A DNA stretch of 64,000 nucleotides, from positions 229,836,001 to 229,900,000 of the forward strand of contig NC_086097.1 of NCBI RefSeq assembly GCF_963921235.1. Direction: 5' to 3'. The stretch is from Mobula hypostoma. Its lineage: Eukaryota. The position numbers and the translations under genes are program-made. Each line of letters opens with the position of its first letter. Within the stretch, counting starts at the first letter, position 1. Shown piece by piece: positions 1 to 14,104 of this stretch. The notes beneath the pieces were generated by a model that was given only the letters and a program-made list of their open reading frames with translations, was not told where the DNA came from and did no database searches.

Positions 1-565
1 AGATAGAGAAGCATAAGTGGCAAAAAAAAACTTATTTGCTGTTAAACAAATGGAACTGATCCATTATTGTACTTCAGCCAAAAATTTCACTACTATAACT
101 GATTTACTGAACTTCACTGGAGAGCAACAAGAAGCAGTCTTGATTCTTTTACAAAATCTGCTTTAAGTTTATTTTAATGCTTCACCTCACCTATTTGACA
201 TGCTCTAATTCACTGAATGTTGGGACATTGACAATTCCTCATTTGTCAAAAGCAACCCACACTAATTCAGCACGTTATCTTTTCCTTAAAACATCTCAAA
301 CCCTTTCAGCATTATTGAGTTACCTTGTCAATGCATTAACCGTTGTCATCTACGCAAATAAAGTAAGCACTTGTACAGAGCTGGCCTCCACAATGGGGTA
401 ATGAAATTTCACACTAGTTAATTTATTTCTGGATGGAGGTGTTACATGCCGACTGCTGGAAGAAGAAACTCCGTTTGGAATGCATTCCCGGTTTGTCCAA
501 CAGTGGGAAAGACAAATCAAAGTCGTGGTACCATGCTACACATCATTAGATCAGACTTTTCTATG

Positions 566-1015
566 TTCAGAGTAAATTTGTTATCAAATGCCATAACCCT
601 GTGATTTATTTTCTTGCAGGCACACTCAATAAATCCAATAACCATAATGGAATCAATGGAAGACCGCACCAAAAAAACAATCAGTGTGCAAAAAACAAGC
701 TATGAAAATACAAAAAGAAAGAAAATAATAAACAAACAACAATAAATATCGAGAACATGAGATGAAGAGTCCTTGAAAGTGAGTCCATTAGTTGTGGGAA
801 CAGTTCATTGATGGGGCAAGTGTAGTTATCCCCAGTGGGTCAAGAGCCTGATGACTGAGGTGTAGTAACTGTTCCTGAACCTGGTGCTGTGAGTCCTGAG
901 CTCCTGTACCTTTCTTCCTGATGGCAGCAGCCAGAAAACAACATGACCTGGATGGTATGGGTCCCTGATGTGGATGCTGCTTTCCTTCAATAACACTCCA
1001 AGCAGATATGCTCAA
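566..1015 (-). mobile_element. Rex1/Babar-like LINE 3' fragment and tail
   Basis: Same tail and 3' motifs (aaatttgttatcaa..., gaagagtccttgaaagtgagtcc, ttcctgatggcagcag) recur at ~15900 and ~32240. Confidence 0.55.
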
Positions 1016-1029
1016 AGGACTTTTCTTAT

Positions 1030-3420
1030 AAATCCATCCAAAACTGAGGTCCTGACAGCAGGAAGCTGAGCAGCAATGGTATGCTTAAAAAGGGAGTTCC
1101 TTCTGACTGGCTAATAGAGCTTTCCTGAAAAGCATTTCCAGTTGGCTAATTGTGAGACACACCGGCCAATGAAAGAAAACCAGGCCCTGGCCGAGTTACC
1201 ATGTGGGCCAGTGTTTGAGAGGCTTTGGCGAGCAGAGGTGCATGTAAGGTTCTTTGAATTTCTTTTTCAGTCTTAGAGCATTCAGATAGTAGTTAAGGCA
1301 GTGGTATACTCCCCCTGCAAGATGTGGAAGATCTGAGAGGCTACTAGCATCCTTGAGGTCCTCCCCTGTGGGAAATGTATGCAACTGCAGCTCCTGACTG
1401 ACCACATGAATTTGAATTTAAATTTGAATTTGAATTTGAATTTATTTAAATCTTACATCTATCCCACAATGTGAGGGAGTAAAAATCTTTGTGTTATGAC
1501 TCCGTTACAATGTACAGACATGTGAATTTATAAATCTTATGGCTTGTGGAAAGAAGCTGTCCCATAGCCTGTTGGTCCTGGCTTTTAGGCTGCGGTAGCT
1601 TTTGCCGGACGGAAACAGCCAAAACAGTTTATGGGTGGGGTGACTGGTGTCCTCGATGATCTTCCAGGCCTTCTTTCTGTATCTGCTGCTATAAATATCC
1701 TCAATGGAGGGTAGTTCACATCCACAGATGAGCTGGGCTGTCTGTCCCACGCTCTGCAATGCTCAGTGAACAAGGTTGGTGCAGATCCCGTACCAGGCGG
1801 TGATACAGCCAGTCAGGAAGCTCCCAATGGTGCTCCTGCAGAAGGTCTTGAGGATTTGGGGGCCCATGCCGAACTTCTTCAGTCGTCTGGGGTGGAAGAG
1901 ACGCCATTGTGCTTTTTTTGCCACACAGCCAGCGTGTACATTCCAGGTGAGATCTTCAGTGATGTGTGTATCGAGGAACTTGAAACCATTCACCCTCTTA
2001 ACTGCAGTTCCATTGATCAGGCCGAGCCTGTCTCTGCTCCTCCTGCAATCCACAATCAGCTCTTTTGTTTTTTGGACATTGAGGGAGAGGTTGTGATCTT
2101 GGCACCACTGTGTCAGGGTGTTAACCTCTCCTCTGTAGGCTGTCTCATCACAGCTAGAAATAATGCTGATCAGTGTTGAGTCATCTGCAAATCTGATCAG
2201 CAGATTGGAGCTGTGTGTGGCAGTACAGTTGTGGGTGTAAAAGAAGTAGAGAAGGGGACTCAGGACACAGCCTTGGGGTCCCCTGTGTTGAGGGTCAGAG
2301 GAGCAGAGGAGAGGGAGCCTATCCTTACCACCTGTTGGTGATCCAATAGGGAGTCTAGGATCCAGCTGCACAAGGTGGGGTGCAGGCTAAGGTCTCTGAG
2401 CTTCCTGTCAAATCTGGAGGGAACTATGGTGTTGAAAGCTGAACTGTAGTCCAGGAACAGCATTCTAATGTAAGCATCTCGCTTCTCCAGGTGAATGAGG
2501 ACGGTGTGTTCTGCTGTGGCTATGGCGTCATCAGTAGACCAGTTCCGTCGGTAGGCAAATTGTAGGGGGTCCAGTGTGGGTGGTAGCATGCTCCAGATGT
2601 AGTCTTTAACCAGCCTCTCAAAGAATTTGCTTATAATTGGGGTGAGTTCAGGCATGCTACCCTGGTTTTCTTAGGGACAGGGACAATGATGGATGATTTG
2701 AAACAGGAGGGCACTACACACTGGGAGAGGGACAGATTAAGAATGTCTGCAAAGGACTGGGGTTGGAACTGGATGAATGTGGGATCATCTGAGATGCTGA
2801 GAGTTTTAGTGAGGTGGTCACACCTAAGGTACAGGCAGAAAATTACTGGATGACCACCAGGAAAGGAAAAGGGAGAAGTCAGATAGTGCAGGATTCCCCT
2901 GTGGCCATTCCCCTCGAATGTAAGTATACTCTTTTGCATATTGTGATGGGGTTGGGGTGGGAAATGATCCCTCAGAAGGCAGATTCTATGTTAGAAAAGC
3001 TGAAGTCCCCTACTGTGACAATCCTATATTCTTACAACTCTGCACAATCTCCCAGAATATTGGTCTTCTAAATTCCATTGAGTATTTGGGGACCTTTAGT
3101 ACAATCCCAACAATGTGATCATCCCCTGCATGTTTCTCAGCTCCACCTCAGCTTCACAAAGTGATCCTTTGGCTAGTGTAATTGTCGGTTGAAATGGCGG
3201 TTCAGGAGAAGCCAGCTCTGTGGCAACAAGACTGGCTCTAAGAAAGAAGTAAAGGAGCGTAATGGTAGACACAATAATTAAGGGGAAAGACAGGAGATTT
3301 GAACTTTGAACTTTCTGTGGCTGCAGAAGTGACCGGAATGGAGTGTTGTTTCCCTGCAGCTACAGTCCAGGATGTTACAGAGTGCCTATAAACACTCGCA
3401 AAGGGGTGAGTGAGCCGCTA
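1030..3420 (+). mobile_element. CR1 LINE 5'/ORF1 remnant split by the Rex1 insertion at 1409-2752
   Basis: Zinc-finger-like CKMW..CGKCMQLQLL at ~1316-1400 continues after 2753 ([32 protein letters not shown]), matching ORF1 of the CR1 copies at 27254 and 53881. Confidence 0.65.
1409..2752 (-). mobile_element. Rex1/Babar-clade LINE, 5'-truncated, degenerate reverse transcriptase
   Basis: ORFs 2260-2655, 1763-2371, 1505-1759: [46 protein letters not shown]; (TTTGAA)n tail at ~1409-1441; frameshifted. Confidence 0.9.
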
Positions 3421-4119
3421 GGAGACAGAGATAGACTCTACCACAGTAAAGAAGAGTAAACAACAAATAATCCAGTTCCTTTCATGTTGTTCCACAAGAA
3501 TTCTGGACTTGATGTGCTGCTATTTGCATTAAACACATGCTGGTAGTACTCTGCATTTTCTGAAACGATGGGGTGTTTGGCTTCCAGCCCTTGTGAGTTC
3601 CAAGGCTCGAGTATTCGCTGCTCGTGAGAAACTAAGCAACCACAGCTATGACTGGCAACTGTTCTGCACAACTGCAACCTTTTAAAACAATGTTAATTCC
3701 TCTGATGGTCCAGCAACTAAGCATACAGTTTGGTGGAGTGTGACCCACTAAATCAGAGGATCCCTGACTTCTGCTTATTTACACTTGCTGGTCGGGTGAG
3801 CAACACATGGGTTTTTTTTTCCTGATATCTCCTCACTGTCAAGCTGCCAGCCAAGACTTTGTCTAGATTAGTGAAAAACATGGGCTCTAACACCAGGGTA
3901 TGAACCACAGTTCAATGATTCTTACCCATCAGCAGCAGATTCAGGTGTGGAGGGGGGAACTAGAGGAAAAACTGTCACTTGACTCATTATTGATGCAACG
4001 TTCAGAAACATTGACATAGTTTTTCTTTTGCACCACCAGACACGGAGGGAAAATCTAAAGAGAAGGTGTGCACATAGACCGGGCATGCAACTATTTCGTG
4101 GTTGCGATTCATCTATTTA

Positions 4120-4628
4120 TAGTCATAGTCATACTTTATTGATCACGGGGGAAATCGGTTTTCGTTACAGTTGCACTATAAATAATTAAATAGTAATAAA
4201 ACCATAAATAGTTAAATAGTAATATGTAAATTATGCCAGTAAATTATGAAATAAGTCCAGGACCAGCCTATCGGCTCAGGGTGTCTGACCCTCCAAGGGA
4301 GAGTTGTAAAGTTTGATGGCCACAGGCAGGAATGACTTCCTATGACACTCTGTGTTGCATCTCGGTGGAATGAGTCTCTGGCTGAATGTACTCCTGTGCC
4401 CAACCAGTACATTATGTAGTGGATGGGAAACATTGTCCAAGATGGCATGCAACTTGGACAGCATCCTCTTTTCAGACACCACCGTCAGAGAGTCCAGTTC
4501 CATCCCCACAACATCACTGGCCTTACGAATGAGTTTGTTGATTCTGTTGGTGTCTGCTACCCTCAGCCTGCTGCCCCAGCACACAACAGCAAACATGATC
4601 GCACTGGCCACCACAGACTCGTAGAACA
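4120..4628 (-). mobile_element. Rex1/Babar-like LINE 3' end
   Basis: ORF 4276-4614 VVCWGS..INKLIRKAS..ILDNVSHPLH..SFLPVAIKLYN; short (ATAGTC)n tail near 4120. Confidence 0.8.
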
Positions 4629-6698
4629 GTTCGGCAACCTGGCTTTTAAGTAACTGGATATTTCAGAAATCAGGCACCATGATGTGAAGGCTTACAAGTG
4701 ACTATCATTCTGCTTCTTGGTGTCAATGCTTTGTTTTGCAAAATAACTTTACTGCACAAAAGAATCAAAGTAAATTGCTCCTATTATTGGATATGTACTT
4801 TAGTCATTGCAGTAATCGCTAGTCATGAAAGGGCCTAAGCTCACCAGTGGGGCATTATGCACTCTCTGTAGGGACAAACATAACTTCAGAAGATAGACAA
4901 TCAAATGGATTGACCATTTAACTGTCCTACTTTGGGGGTGACAGAAAGACAAATGGCACTTTCAAGAAACCAAAGACCTAGTGTAAACGTAACTTTGCTG
5001 GATCAAATAACGACAGCACAAGAAGATTGTTACTTATCTCTTCACCCGTTTATTTCTTCGAGCTCAGCCAGCGAGTGAACTTGGACCCGACATCAGGGAG
5101 AGAATCTCTCTTATCTCCCCGGCGGTTCTACAAGTTCACTGCCTGATGTCAGAATTGTCAGAAGTTATAAGGCCACCAATACAAAAGAACAATCAGTTTG
5201 ATAACCATTCTGGTCAAGTCAATCGACTATCGATACAAAAGTACAATCAATTTGTTAGACACTCCAGCCACCTTAATTAAAGAAAAGAATGTCCTACCTG
5301 GTTTGCTGGAGCCACAACTTAATTACAAGGATAAGAACATCCGTCAAATTTATGCTTTAAATAAAAAGGAATGTTCTGTCTGACTTCCATCAGGTACTGC
5401 TTTTTGTCAAAATCAAAAGGTGTGAAAAGCCCAGAGACATCTGATGTGGATCTGGGCAAACTTTTACCCTTATCTTGCACCAAAGAAAGCAACTGTGAGA
5501 CATTATTCGAACACACTGCAGTCACAGACATAGTCAGTACTGAATCCATTGTTTACAGGAATCTGAGAATGCCCCATTCCCTTAAACTTTATCACTAGTA
5601 CTAGCGTGCTGCCTTCTTTGGGATGGAACTTGGCTTGGATGGCCTGCACTCCTATTGAAAATATTGTGAATATTATTAAAAGCTTATGGCACATTCTGAA
5701 TCTAGAGCAATTTTGGTGGCAATCCTATATCATTTAGTTTATAAATTAATAGTCTGGGATTAAAAGATTGGAGTAATTTCTGTGGTGGAGAACTAGGGGC
5801 GTTACAACATGAAGGGAATCAGTGAACATAGGATTGGTGCAAAGTAGCTCTGACAGGAAGTATCAGCCATTATCTTACTGAAGAACAGAACAGGCAAGAG
5901 GCGATGAATTACCAGCCACTGCTTCTGTTTCTTATGTTCTTTAAGTACAAAAAATGATCAAAAGTCTAATGAATGATGCACTCTATATTTAGTTTGCAAG
6001 GCAATTGGGGTTGTGCTCCAGCTGAACACACCTGGAATACCGTTGGCACTAGGCTTCACACCATTGGAAGAACAGACTGGCTCTGGAAGGAGTGCAGCAA
6101 AGATTTACTCCAATGATACCCAACCTCCAAGGGGAAAGCACAAAGGAGAGATTCTATAAATTCTTGCTTTGGGGGAAAAAAAACCTGAAAGCATTTACCA
6201 CCAGGCTCAAGGACCGCTACGCTCCCAGTGTTATAAGATTACTGAACTGGTTCCCAATTACGATGTGATAGACTCTCGACCTCATGATCTACTTCGTGAC
6301 CTTGCACCTTCCTGTCTACTTGTACTGCACGTTCTCTATAACTGTGACACTTTATTCTGCACTCTATTACTGTTCGAGCTTGTACTACCTCAATGCGTTG
6401 TTATAGAGACCAACAAATTGTTTTGTATGAGTGGTATATAAAACATGTTTTTCATTGTATCTCAGTACATGTGACACTAATAAATCAATTTACCAATTTA
6501 TTCCCTGGAATACTATAATTCCCATTGCTATGTTCTGTCTTTAGATCAGCTGTTAAGCCAAAGTCTTGCCTACCTTCTGAGGTATTTTTCAGTCTTTCAT
6601 GGTTGAGTGTATCATTAGTGAGTCCAGTACTCACTGGCTGTCCCCAATTGTCCAATCAACTTCACTTCTGTCCTTGTGATGAAGGTACTTTCACAATA

Positions 6699-7631
6699 CC
6701 AAGGGTGATTGATATGTTCGTGGCCGAAGGTAGAAGGAGTCAATTTTAGAAAACCTAGCACATTTATTTTTCAACATAGTCTCCTCTTACATTTACACAC
6801 TTAGTCCAGCGGTCGTGGAGCGTACGGATCTTGGACCTCCAGAAAGTGCCCACAGATAGGTGATTGATAAGTTTGTGGGCTAAGGTAGAAGGAGATGAGT
6901 TATACAGCTCTTGTTACATGCACATGCAGGTTAACTCTTTGAGTGATTACGCAGAAAGAGTTTAAAGTTAATAACTCATCTCCTTCTACCTTTGGCCACA
7001 AACTTATCAATCACCCCTGATGAATTATTAACTTCAAACATTCTGCATAATCACTCAAAGAGTTGAACTGCATGTGCAGGAAACATGTTCCTGATGTTGG
7101 GGGAGTCCAGAACCAGAGGCCACAGTTTAAGAATAAGGGGTAGACCATTTAGAACGGAGTTGAAAAACTTTTTCACCCAGAGAGTTGTGGATCTGTGGAA
7201 TTCGTGAGAAGGCAGTGGAGGCCAATTCACTGGATTCTTTCAAGAAAGAGTTAGATAGAGCTCTTAAAGATAGCAGAGTGAAGGGATATGGGGAGAAGGA
7301 AGGAACGGGGTACTGATTGTGGATGATCAGCCATGATCACAGTGAATGGCGGTGCTGGCTCGAAGGGCTGAATGACCTACTCCTGCACCTATTGTCTAAT
7401 GTCTATTGCATGTAAAGAGAGCTGTATAACTCATTGCCTTCTACCTTAGGCCACAAACTTATCAATCACCCCTGCTGTGGACACTTTCTGGAGGTCCAAG
7501 ATCCGTATGCTCCACGACCACTGGACTAAGTGTGTAAATGTAGGAGGGGACTATGTGGAAAAATAAATGTGCTAGGTTTTCTAAAATTGACTCCTTCTAC
7601 CTTAGGCCATGAACTTATCAATCACCCCTCG
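6699..7631. mobile_element. Tc1/mariner-type MITE with long inverted arms
   Basis: TA flanks at 6697-98 and 7632-33; ~160-bp arms are reverse complements (gggtgattgat..gaaggtagaaggagtcaattttagaaaacctagcac); terminal motif repeated internally. Confidence 0.85.
7079..7406 (+). mobile_element. CR1 LINE 3' fragment inserted in the MITE
   Basis: Typical CR1 3' sequence (agaaccagaggccacagtttaagaataagggg..ttttcacccagagagttgtg..ctcctgcacctattgtcta); flanked by TGCA on both sides. Confidence 0.85.
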
Positions 7632-7649
7632 TACCATTGTTATAGAGTT

Positions 7650-7975
7650 CCCCCTGAGCCTTGTCACCTTGTTGAGACAGACAGGCTTGTGAGTTCCTGA
7701 GATCCCGACAGCGATGCCGCCTGGAGTGTAGCCATCTGGCGTTTAATTCCTGGTAAGGTCACCAGTAAGGTCAAGGGGGAGCTTCCAGACAGAGTGATCC
7801 AATGATGGAACTGGCAGAAGATGATGACACATCACAACGGCAGCGAAGGGGTCCCAGTCATCTTGCACTCCATGCCACTGGACCTTGACCCCGATCTGTC
7901 AAGGACTGAGTGATGGCTGCCTTCCCACATTAAACAAAGTCATGCACAGGCGTACTCCATTACAAGAATCCACTC
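7650..7975 (+). mobile_element. RTE-like LINE 5'-region remnant
   Basis: caccttgtt..ggcttgtg..aggtcacc..aggtcaaggggga..ccagac layout shared with 48625-49015. Confidence 0.4.
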
Positions 7976-8224
7976 TAACATCCTGCCACTGAGTTCCAGG
8001 ATTTGATCCAGTGATAACTGTGGAGCAACAGTACGTTTCCAAGACATATTCTCGTGTGTCTGCTGCTCTTGTTCTTCCAGTGAGTTTTATCCAACAACTC
8101 CAAAACCAGGTTACCTTCTAAATTACTTGGCTGTAATTTTGGGGACCTTGCTGCACACATATTGGCTTCGTGAGATAATGAAATCAAATCCTTTGCATAT
8201 TAATTTCTGAAATGTTAACAAATG

Positions 8225-8960
8225 TCTTCCTCCACTGTAAAACAGGAGAAATACTCATAGAGGACCTCACCCATCCCCTATGGGTCCATACACTGGTGTT
8301 CACTTTAGCCTTTGATGGTTCCTATTCTCTCTCTAGTTACTCCATTCCCCTAATACACTTACAAAACCACTTTGGATTCTCTCTAATCTTCTCTGCAAAA
8401 GCAATCTCATGCTCCCTTTCTGTCCTTGGTTTCCTTCGTGAGTAGACTCTTGCAACTCTACACACCTTCTTGGGTTCACTTAGTCTCAGCTGCCTGTATC
8501 TGACCTGTGACTCCTTTTCCATGACAAGAGCCATGTCATCACTTAACATCTGGGGTTCCCTACTCCTGGCAGCCTTGCCCTTTACTAGCACGAATGTACA
8601 GACCTTGAACTCTCAACATCTCACTTTTAAAAGGCTCCCGCTTGCCAAATATCCTATTCCAGTCCATTTTTACAACTGCCTGCCCAATTATCATCAAAAT
8701 TTGCTTTTTCCCAACACGTGGACCCAGATCTGTCCTTTTACAGCACTAGGTTAAGTTGAATGGTCACTGCAGTCTCTGGTCCCAAAGTGCTCCCCCACTG
8801 TCACCTCAGTCACTTGTCCTGCCTTATTTCCCAGGCTTTTCCCCCTCCCTGGGACAGCCTTCAATATAAGACCATAAGATACAGGAGCAGTATTAGGCCA
8901 TTCGACCCATCGAGTCTATACTACTATTTCATCATGGCTGATCCATTTCCCTCTGCATAA
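8225..8960 (-). mobile_element. CR1 LINE ORF2 fragments
   Basis: ORF 8337-8591 REHEIAFAEKIRENPKWFCKCI; CR1 tail (ccataagatacaggagcagtattaggcca) near 8870. Confidence 0.7.
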
Positions 8961-9062
8961 GAATCAGTAGCTCCAGCCAAGATACAAAAATGATATAATC
9001 ATTTACCTCCATGAACCAAAGTACAACTCTTCATTTAATTGTGATATTAAGACATAAATATA

Positions 9063-10395
9063 CAGTGCCTAAAAAGTATTCACTCCCCCCTCCCCTGGAC
9101 TTTTTCATGTTTTATCATTTTACAACTAAAAGACCACTAAGAGACCTATGATAGCTCTGGAGGAGTTACAAGCTTCAGTGGCAGAGATGGGAGAGACTGC
9201 ACATACAACAACTGTTGCCTGGGTACTTCACTATTACAGCTTTCTGGGAGAGTGGCAAAGAAAGAAACTGAAATCACATGAACTCACATGAAATCTCGGC
9301 TAGAGCTTGCCAGAAGGCATGTGGGAGACTCTGAAGTCAGCTGGAAGAAGGTTCTATGGTCTGATGGAACCAAAATTGAGCTTATTGGCCATCAGACTAA
9401 ATGCTATGTTTGGCGTATGCTGAACACAGCACATCATCAAAAACACACCATCCCTACTGCAAAGCATGGTGGTGGCTGCATCATGCTGTGGGGATGCTTC
9501 AACTGAAGAAGGCTCTGGGAGGTTTGTGAAGGTAGAAGGTAAAATGAATGCAGCAAAATACAGGGAAATCCTGGAGGAAAACCTGATGCAGTCTGCAAAA
9601 GAACTGCGACTTGGGAGAAGATTTGTTTTCCAGCAAGACAATGACCCCAAGCATAAAGCCAAAACTACACAGGAATGGCTTAAAAACAACAATGTTAATG
9701 CCCTGGAGTGGCCAAGTCAGTGTCCAAACCTCAATCCAATTGAGAATTTGTGGCTAGACTTAAAAAGGGCTGTTCACTCACGATCCCTATGCAGTCTGAC
9801 AGAGCTTGGGCAGTTTTGTAAAGAAGAATGGGGAAAATTGCAGTGTCCAGATGTGCAAAGCTGATAGAGACCTATCCACACAGACTTAAGGCTGTAATTG
9901 TTGCCAAAGGTGCATCTACAAAAAACTGACTTGAAATGGCATGAATCCAATCACAAACAAGAGAAAATCTGCAGATGCTAGAAATCCAAGCAACACACAC
10001 AAAATGCTGGAGGAACTCAGCAGCCCAGGCAGCATCTATTGAAGAAGGTACAGTCAGTGTTTCAGACTGAGACTCTCACGAGTTCTGTCAAAAGGTCTCG
10101 GCCCATAAAGTCAACTGTACTTTTTTCCATAGATGCTGCCTAGCCTGCTGAGTTCCTCCCGCATTTTGTGTGTTGTTTGAATGGGGTGAATACTATGCAA
10201 TCAATTATTTTGTGTTTCATATTTGTAATTAATTTAGATCTCTTTGTAGAGATCTGTTTTCACTTTGACACAAAAGAGTCTTTTTCTGTTGATCAGTGCC
10301 AAAAAAAAGCCTAATTAATTCCACTGTGGTTCAACGTTGTGAAACAATAAAACAAGAAAACTTCTAAGCAGGGTGAATAATTTTTATAGGCACTG
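9063..10395 (+). mobile_element. Tc1-family DNA transposon, internally deleted, frameshifted transposase
   Basis: TA TSDs 9061-62 and 10396-97; TIR cagtgcctaaaaagtattcac / gtgaataatttttataggcactg; ORFs 9288-9506 and 9466-9864 carry VLWSDGTK, FQQDNDPKH, NLNPIENLW (DD34E triad). Confidence 0.95.
9947..10176 (-). mobile_element. Penelope-like fold-back remnant inserted in the Tc1 element
   Basis: caacacacacaaaatgctggaggaactcagc..gcatctat mirrored by atagatgc..gctgagttcctcccgcattttgtgtgttg; decayed hammerhead motif at 10081-10117. Confidence 0.7.
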
Positions 10396-11864
10396 TAAAT
10401 AAATGTAAGTTTTATTGAGCCTTCACAGCACAAAATACATAAAGGTTATAACTTCAGCCAAGATAAAAGGTTTCACTAAACAGCAAATGTGCTTTAGATT
10501 ATTGTTTTTCTACAAACGAGATAAATGTGTGTTTTATCAGCGAGGCAAAGGAAATTGTCAGTAAAGTTGGAACAAACTAACATGGTCCAATTGTGATTTC
10601 CAAAACACTTCGCCATCATGGGATTCAAATGCAATCCCATGATATGACAGATTTCTGGAATGAACTAAGAAATTGTCAGAATCAAAACAAGCTTGTGAAA
10701 GTTAATGGAACAGCCTTTCTAAGGCTATTGATTTAAATCAATTGTTTACAGGCACTTGACCTTAGCAGGACTGGATACAGGATACATCACTTCTTAGTTC
10801 AATCTATAACTTGTCAGAAAAATTACTTCTGAAAATGGACTGTTCTTTCAGGAAGTTAATATGTGGCAGTTTGTAATCTGACAACAGAACCTACAATTGT
10901 CCAAAATATTTCTTGCAGCTGCAAATGCGGTTAGGCGTGAAGCTCTTAAGGATTAAAGTAGCACATTACATAACATCTTTTTTCATAATGCATAGTTTTG
11001 CAGAATGTAGTCACAGAATCTGCAAACAGAGAGCAGCAGCGACTGTGCTCACAATACTTCATCTTCCTGTTTCTCAATGTTCCCCACCTTGTATACAAAA
11101 CCTACAGGAACTTCACCACACGGAGGTGGTGCACTTAACATGTATGAGGGCACCTTGTTTAAATCACAGCGTCCAAATGATGCTGATGGATGTGTATTTT
11201 ACAGCTCACCTTGGGACATGGGTGACACTGTTAAGGCAGGCATTTTCCTTCGCTAGTTATACCAAGGGTAGCAGGGACTAACCATGGTCTTCATACAGCA
11301 GTATCACACAGGAGTGCCCGACACCCTTTAGATCAAAGTTCAAAGTAAGTATATTCTCAAAGTATGCCTCAGGGAAGAGGCAGAGTGTCAGGACCGGAGG
11401 CAAGGGTTGGGCTGGTCTTCAAAAAATCATATACACTTATCCAGGTGTTTCTGTAAGCAGATTTAAAAGCTGAAAGTCTCCATTCAGTAGTGGGATATAA
11501 CTTGTATTTCTTTAAGATTGGTCTTCAACAGGTTTGCTTTGTTCTATAGCTAACATTGGAGAGGTTAAAGTTAACAACTAGAGTGAGTATGGTTCACTTT
11601 GAAAAACAAACAAAAACGGTAAAACAAAATGATGGAAGGATTCTCATTTATCCTAAAGTAATGAAAGATGAAACAGTGAACTTCTCTTTGACACCTTCAC
11701 TGTTACCTTTTGGTGATAGAAAGCCCAAGAGATCCTGTATAGATTTGCAGGCAGCACCAGACGACAACAAGCTGCAGGGCAACTTCATCGTACACACTGC
11801 TAGGTCCTCTCATGACAATGGAAATGTCAGTGCCACCTCCCTTTATTGAAATTAGTCCTGATCT

Positions 11865-12183
11865 TGTTATGAGACACACCCAACTGTGCCAGCTTCCGGG
11901 GTTTAGGTGCTCTAACTCTCTGGAGTACAGATAGCTGGCGTGGCCCCTTTAGGGGTTTGGGACTGTCTCGCAAATTAGCATTCATGTTTTGGCGCCAAGA
12001 ACACAGTATTTAAAGAGCACCTGAACGGAACATCAGTGCTCAAACATAAGCTCAACTTGGGATATCATCTGGTGATTTGTTTTGTGCTCAGTTCTCGATC
12101 CAGTTTGATACCATGTCTTGATTCTTGCCTTGGATACTCCAGCTTTTGGGTCCTAACCGTCCTCGTCAAAGACTCTCATCACA
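11865..12183. mobile_element. Solo LTR (319 bp)
   Basis: TG...CA ends with 9/10 inverted repeat (TGTTATGAGA/TCTCATCACA); flanks GATCT and GATCC (5-bp TSD, 1 mismatch); TATTTAAA at ~12007. Confidence 0.75.
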
Positions 12184-14104
12184 GATCCAGCAAAAACATT
12201 GTGAACTAAACGAGATAGTGTAATTCCACACTGATGCAACCATCTCAGCAATCGAATCCCTCTCCTTTTAGTTTCCAGGCTAATGTTTGGAGGATGAATC
12301 AGAAAGTTACTGATGATAGAGAAAGACACCGAACAAAGTAAATCAATTCAGGGAAGACCGGCGAGAGGAGAAAAATTAGAAAGAATGTAACAAAGAGAAA
12401 AGATATGTCATGAGAGAGGATAAAACTTTTGATTTCACTTCTAATTAGTAATACTTCTGAATTCACTACCCAGAGATGCTGAATCATTAACAAATCAAAG
12501 CTGAGCAAGATGTTTGGAATAGAGACAAATCAAGTATTTTGGGGAATAGCAGGGAAGTGGAGTTAATCCAATAGCTGGATGAGCCGTGGCTTTACTCATT
12601 GGAGAAGACTTATTCCTACAAATATACTGATTATTTTGCTGACGGATTAACTTATTGAAGGCTGAATACTGAACAGTTTTAAGGAATCAGAGCAGAAGGA
12701 CAACATTGGGAGTATTCTTGCTGAATTCCTAGCCACTCATTAAAATATAACCACTCCTGATCCATCAACAATTTATTTTAAAATTCAAATCCCTGTTTAC
12801 AATAAGCCCACCATCCCACACTCCATCCCTTTAACCACATAATCTGTTTAGCTCCACCACTCCTACGAAACCAGGCGGCTGTGCAGGCCGAGTCATTGGG
12901 CCGGTGGGTATACAGGTTGATAGATACTTGATTAGTAAGGGTGTCAAAGGTTACGGGGAGAAGCCAAGAGAACAGGGTTGAGAGAGGAAGTTAATTAGCT
13001 CTTAGTTGAATGGTGAAGCAGACACAATGGGCCAAGCGGCCTAATTCTTCTCCTATGTCCTATGGTCTAACTCTAACTCTGGACATAATAAACACACCAC
13101 CTTCCCTTGTGGGTCATTTGCTTTTGCTTTTCGTCACTCCAGGGTTCTTGTGCTGTCAACCAGAAAAAAAGTGACACCACATCAACAACAGAGTGGTTGA
13201 ATGCAATGCTCTTCAACAGTCTAGTGTTCTGGAGTTCAAGTACAACTTTTATCCTCAAATGATTTTTAGTTATTCCAATTTATTATACTACCCATATTAG
13301 TGATTCTGGAGATAATTCTTTGGATTACTGTGATGTAATCATATATATCACAGCTTGTTATCTCATATGATCAACATTACCATGCCCATCCCTGGACTTT
13401 AATATGAACCAAAAACAGCACTGCAGAACCACACAAAATTATGCACTTCTTTTTTTTAAAAGATGTTGACCCAAACTGCACTGCCTCAAATGTAGCAAAA
13501 GGCTTCCAAAGGTCTTTATAAACATTTATTACATAATTATAAAGCAGTAAAACTCCGATAAGATCGTGACTTTGGTGGTGCTGGTCTGGCAGACTATTGG
13601 ATGTTATTCTTTTACACTTTTAACCAGTTCTTTTGGATGTTATAATAAATTTGGTGACTCAAGAATTGCAGAAACAAAGGCTCAGGGGAGCATGGTGAAC
13701 TAAGTCAGCAGGATTTCTGAAAAAGTCAGACAGTGGATTACTTGAGTCTTCCTTCAAAGTATTTTCCACATAAATCCCTGGAAAAACTGGTTTATAAAGG
13801 GTTCAATAATCCCAGTAATTCACCATGACTGATGTGACGCTATAAAGTGCCTACATTTTAAACAAACTAATTGACTGAAGTCAACTGAGTATTAACTCTT
13901 TTAAAAACATGTCCCCTTTGTCCAAGCCTTTGTACAAAATCTGAAATTACTTTCTCTTCATTTTCCTGGTTTGTAAATTGGATTTGTACTTAACAATTAG
14001 AAAGGCAATCACATGGCATGGTAGTGTAGTGGTCAGCACAATGCTTTAACAGTACCAGCGACCCGGGTTCAGTTCCACCACTTCCTGTAAGGAGTTCATA
14101 TCGT

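Noticed and set aside
9288..9864. Active Tc1 transposase
   Set aside because: The N-terminal DNA-binding region is largely deleted and there is a frameshift near 9500.
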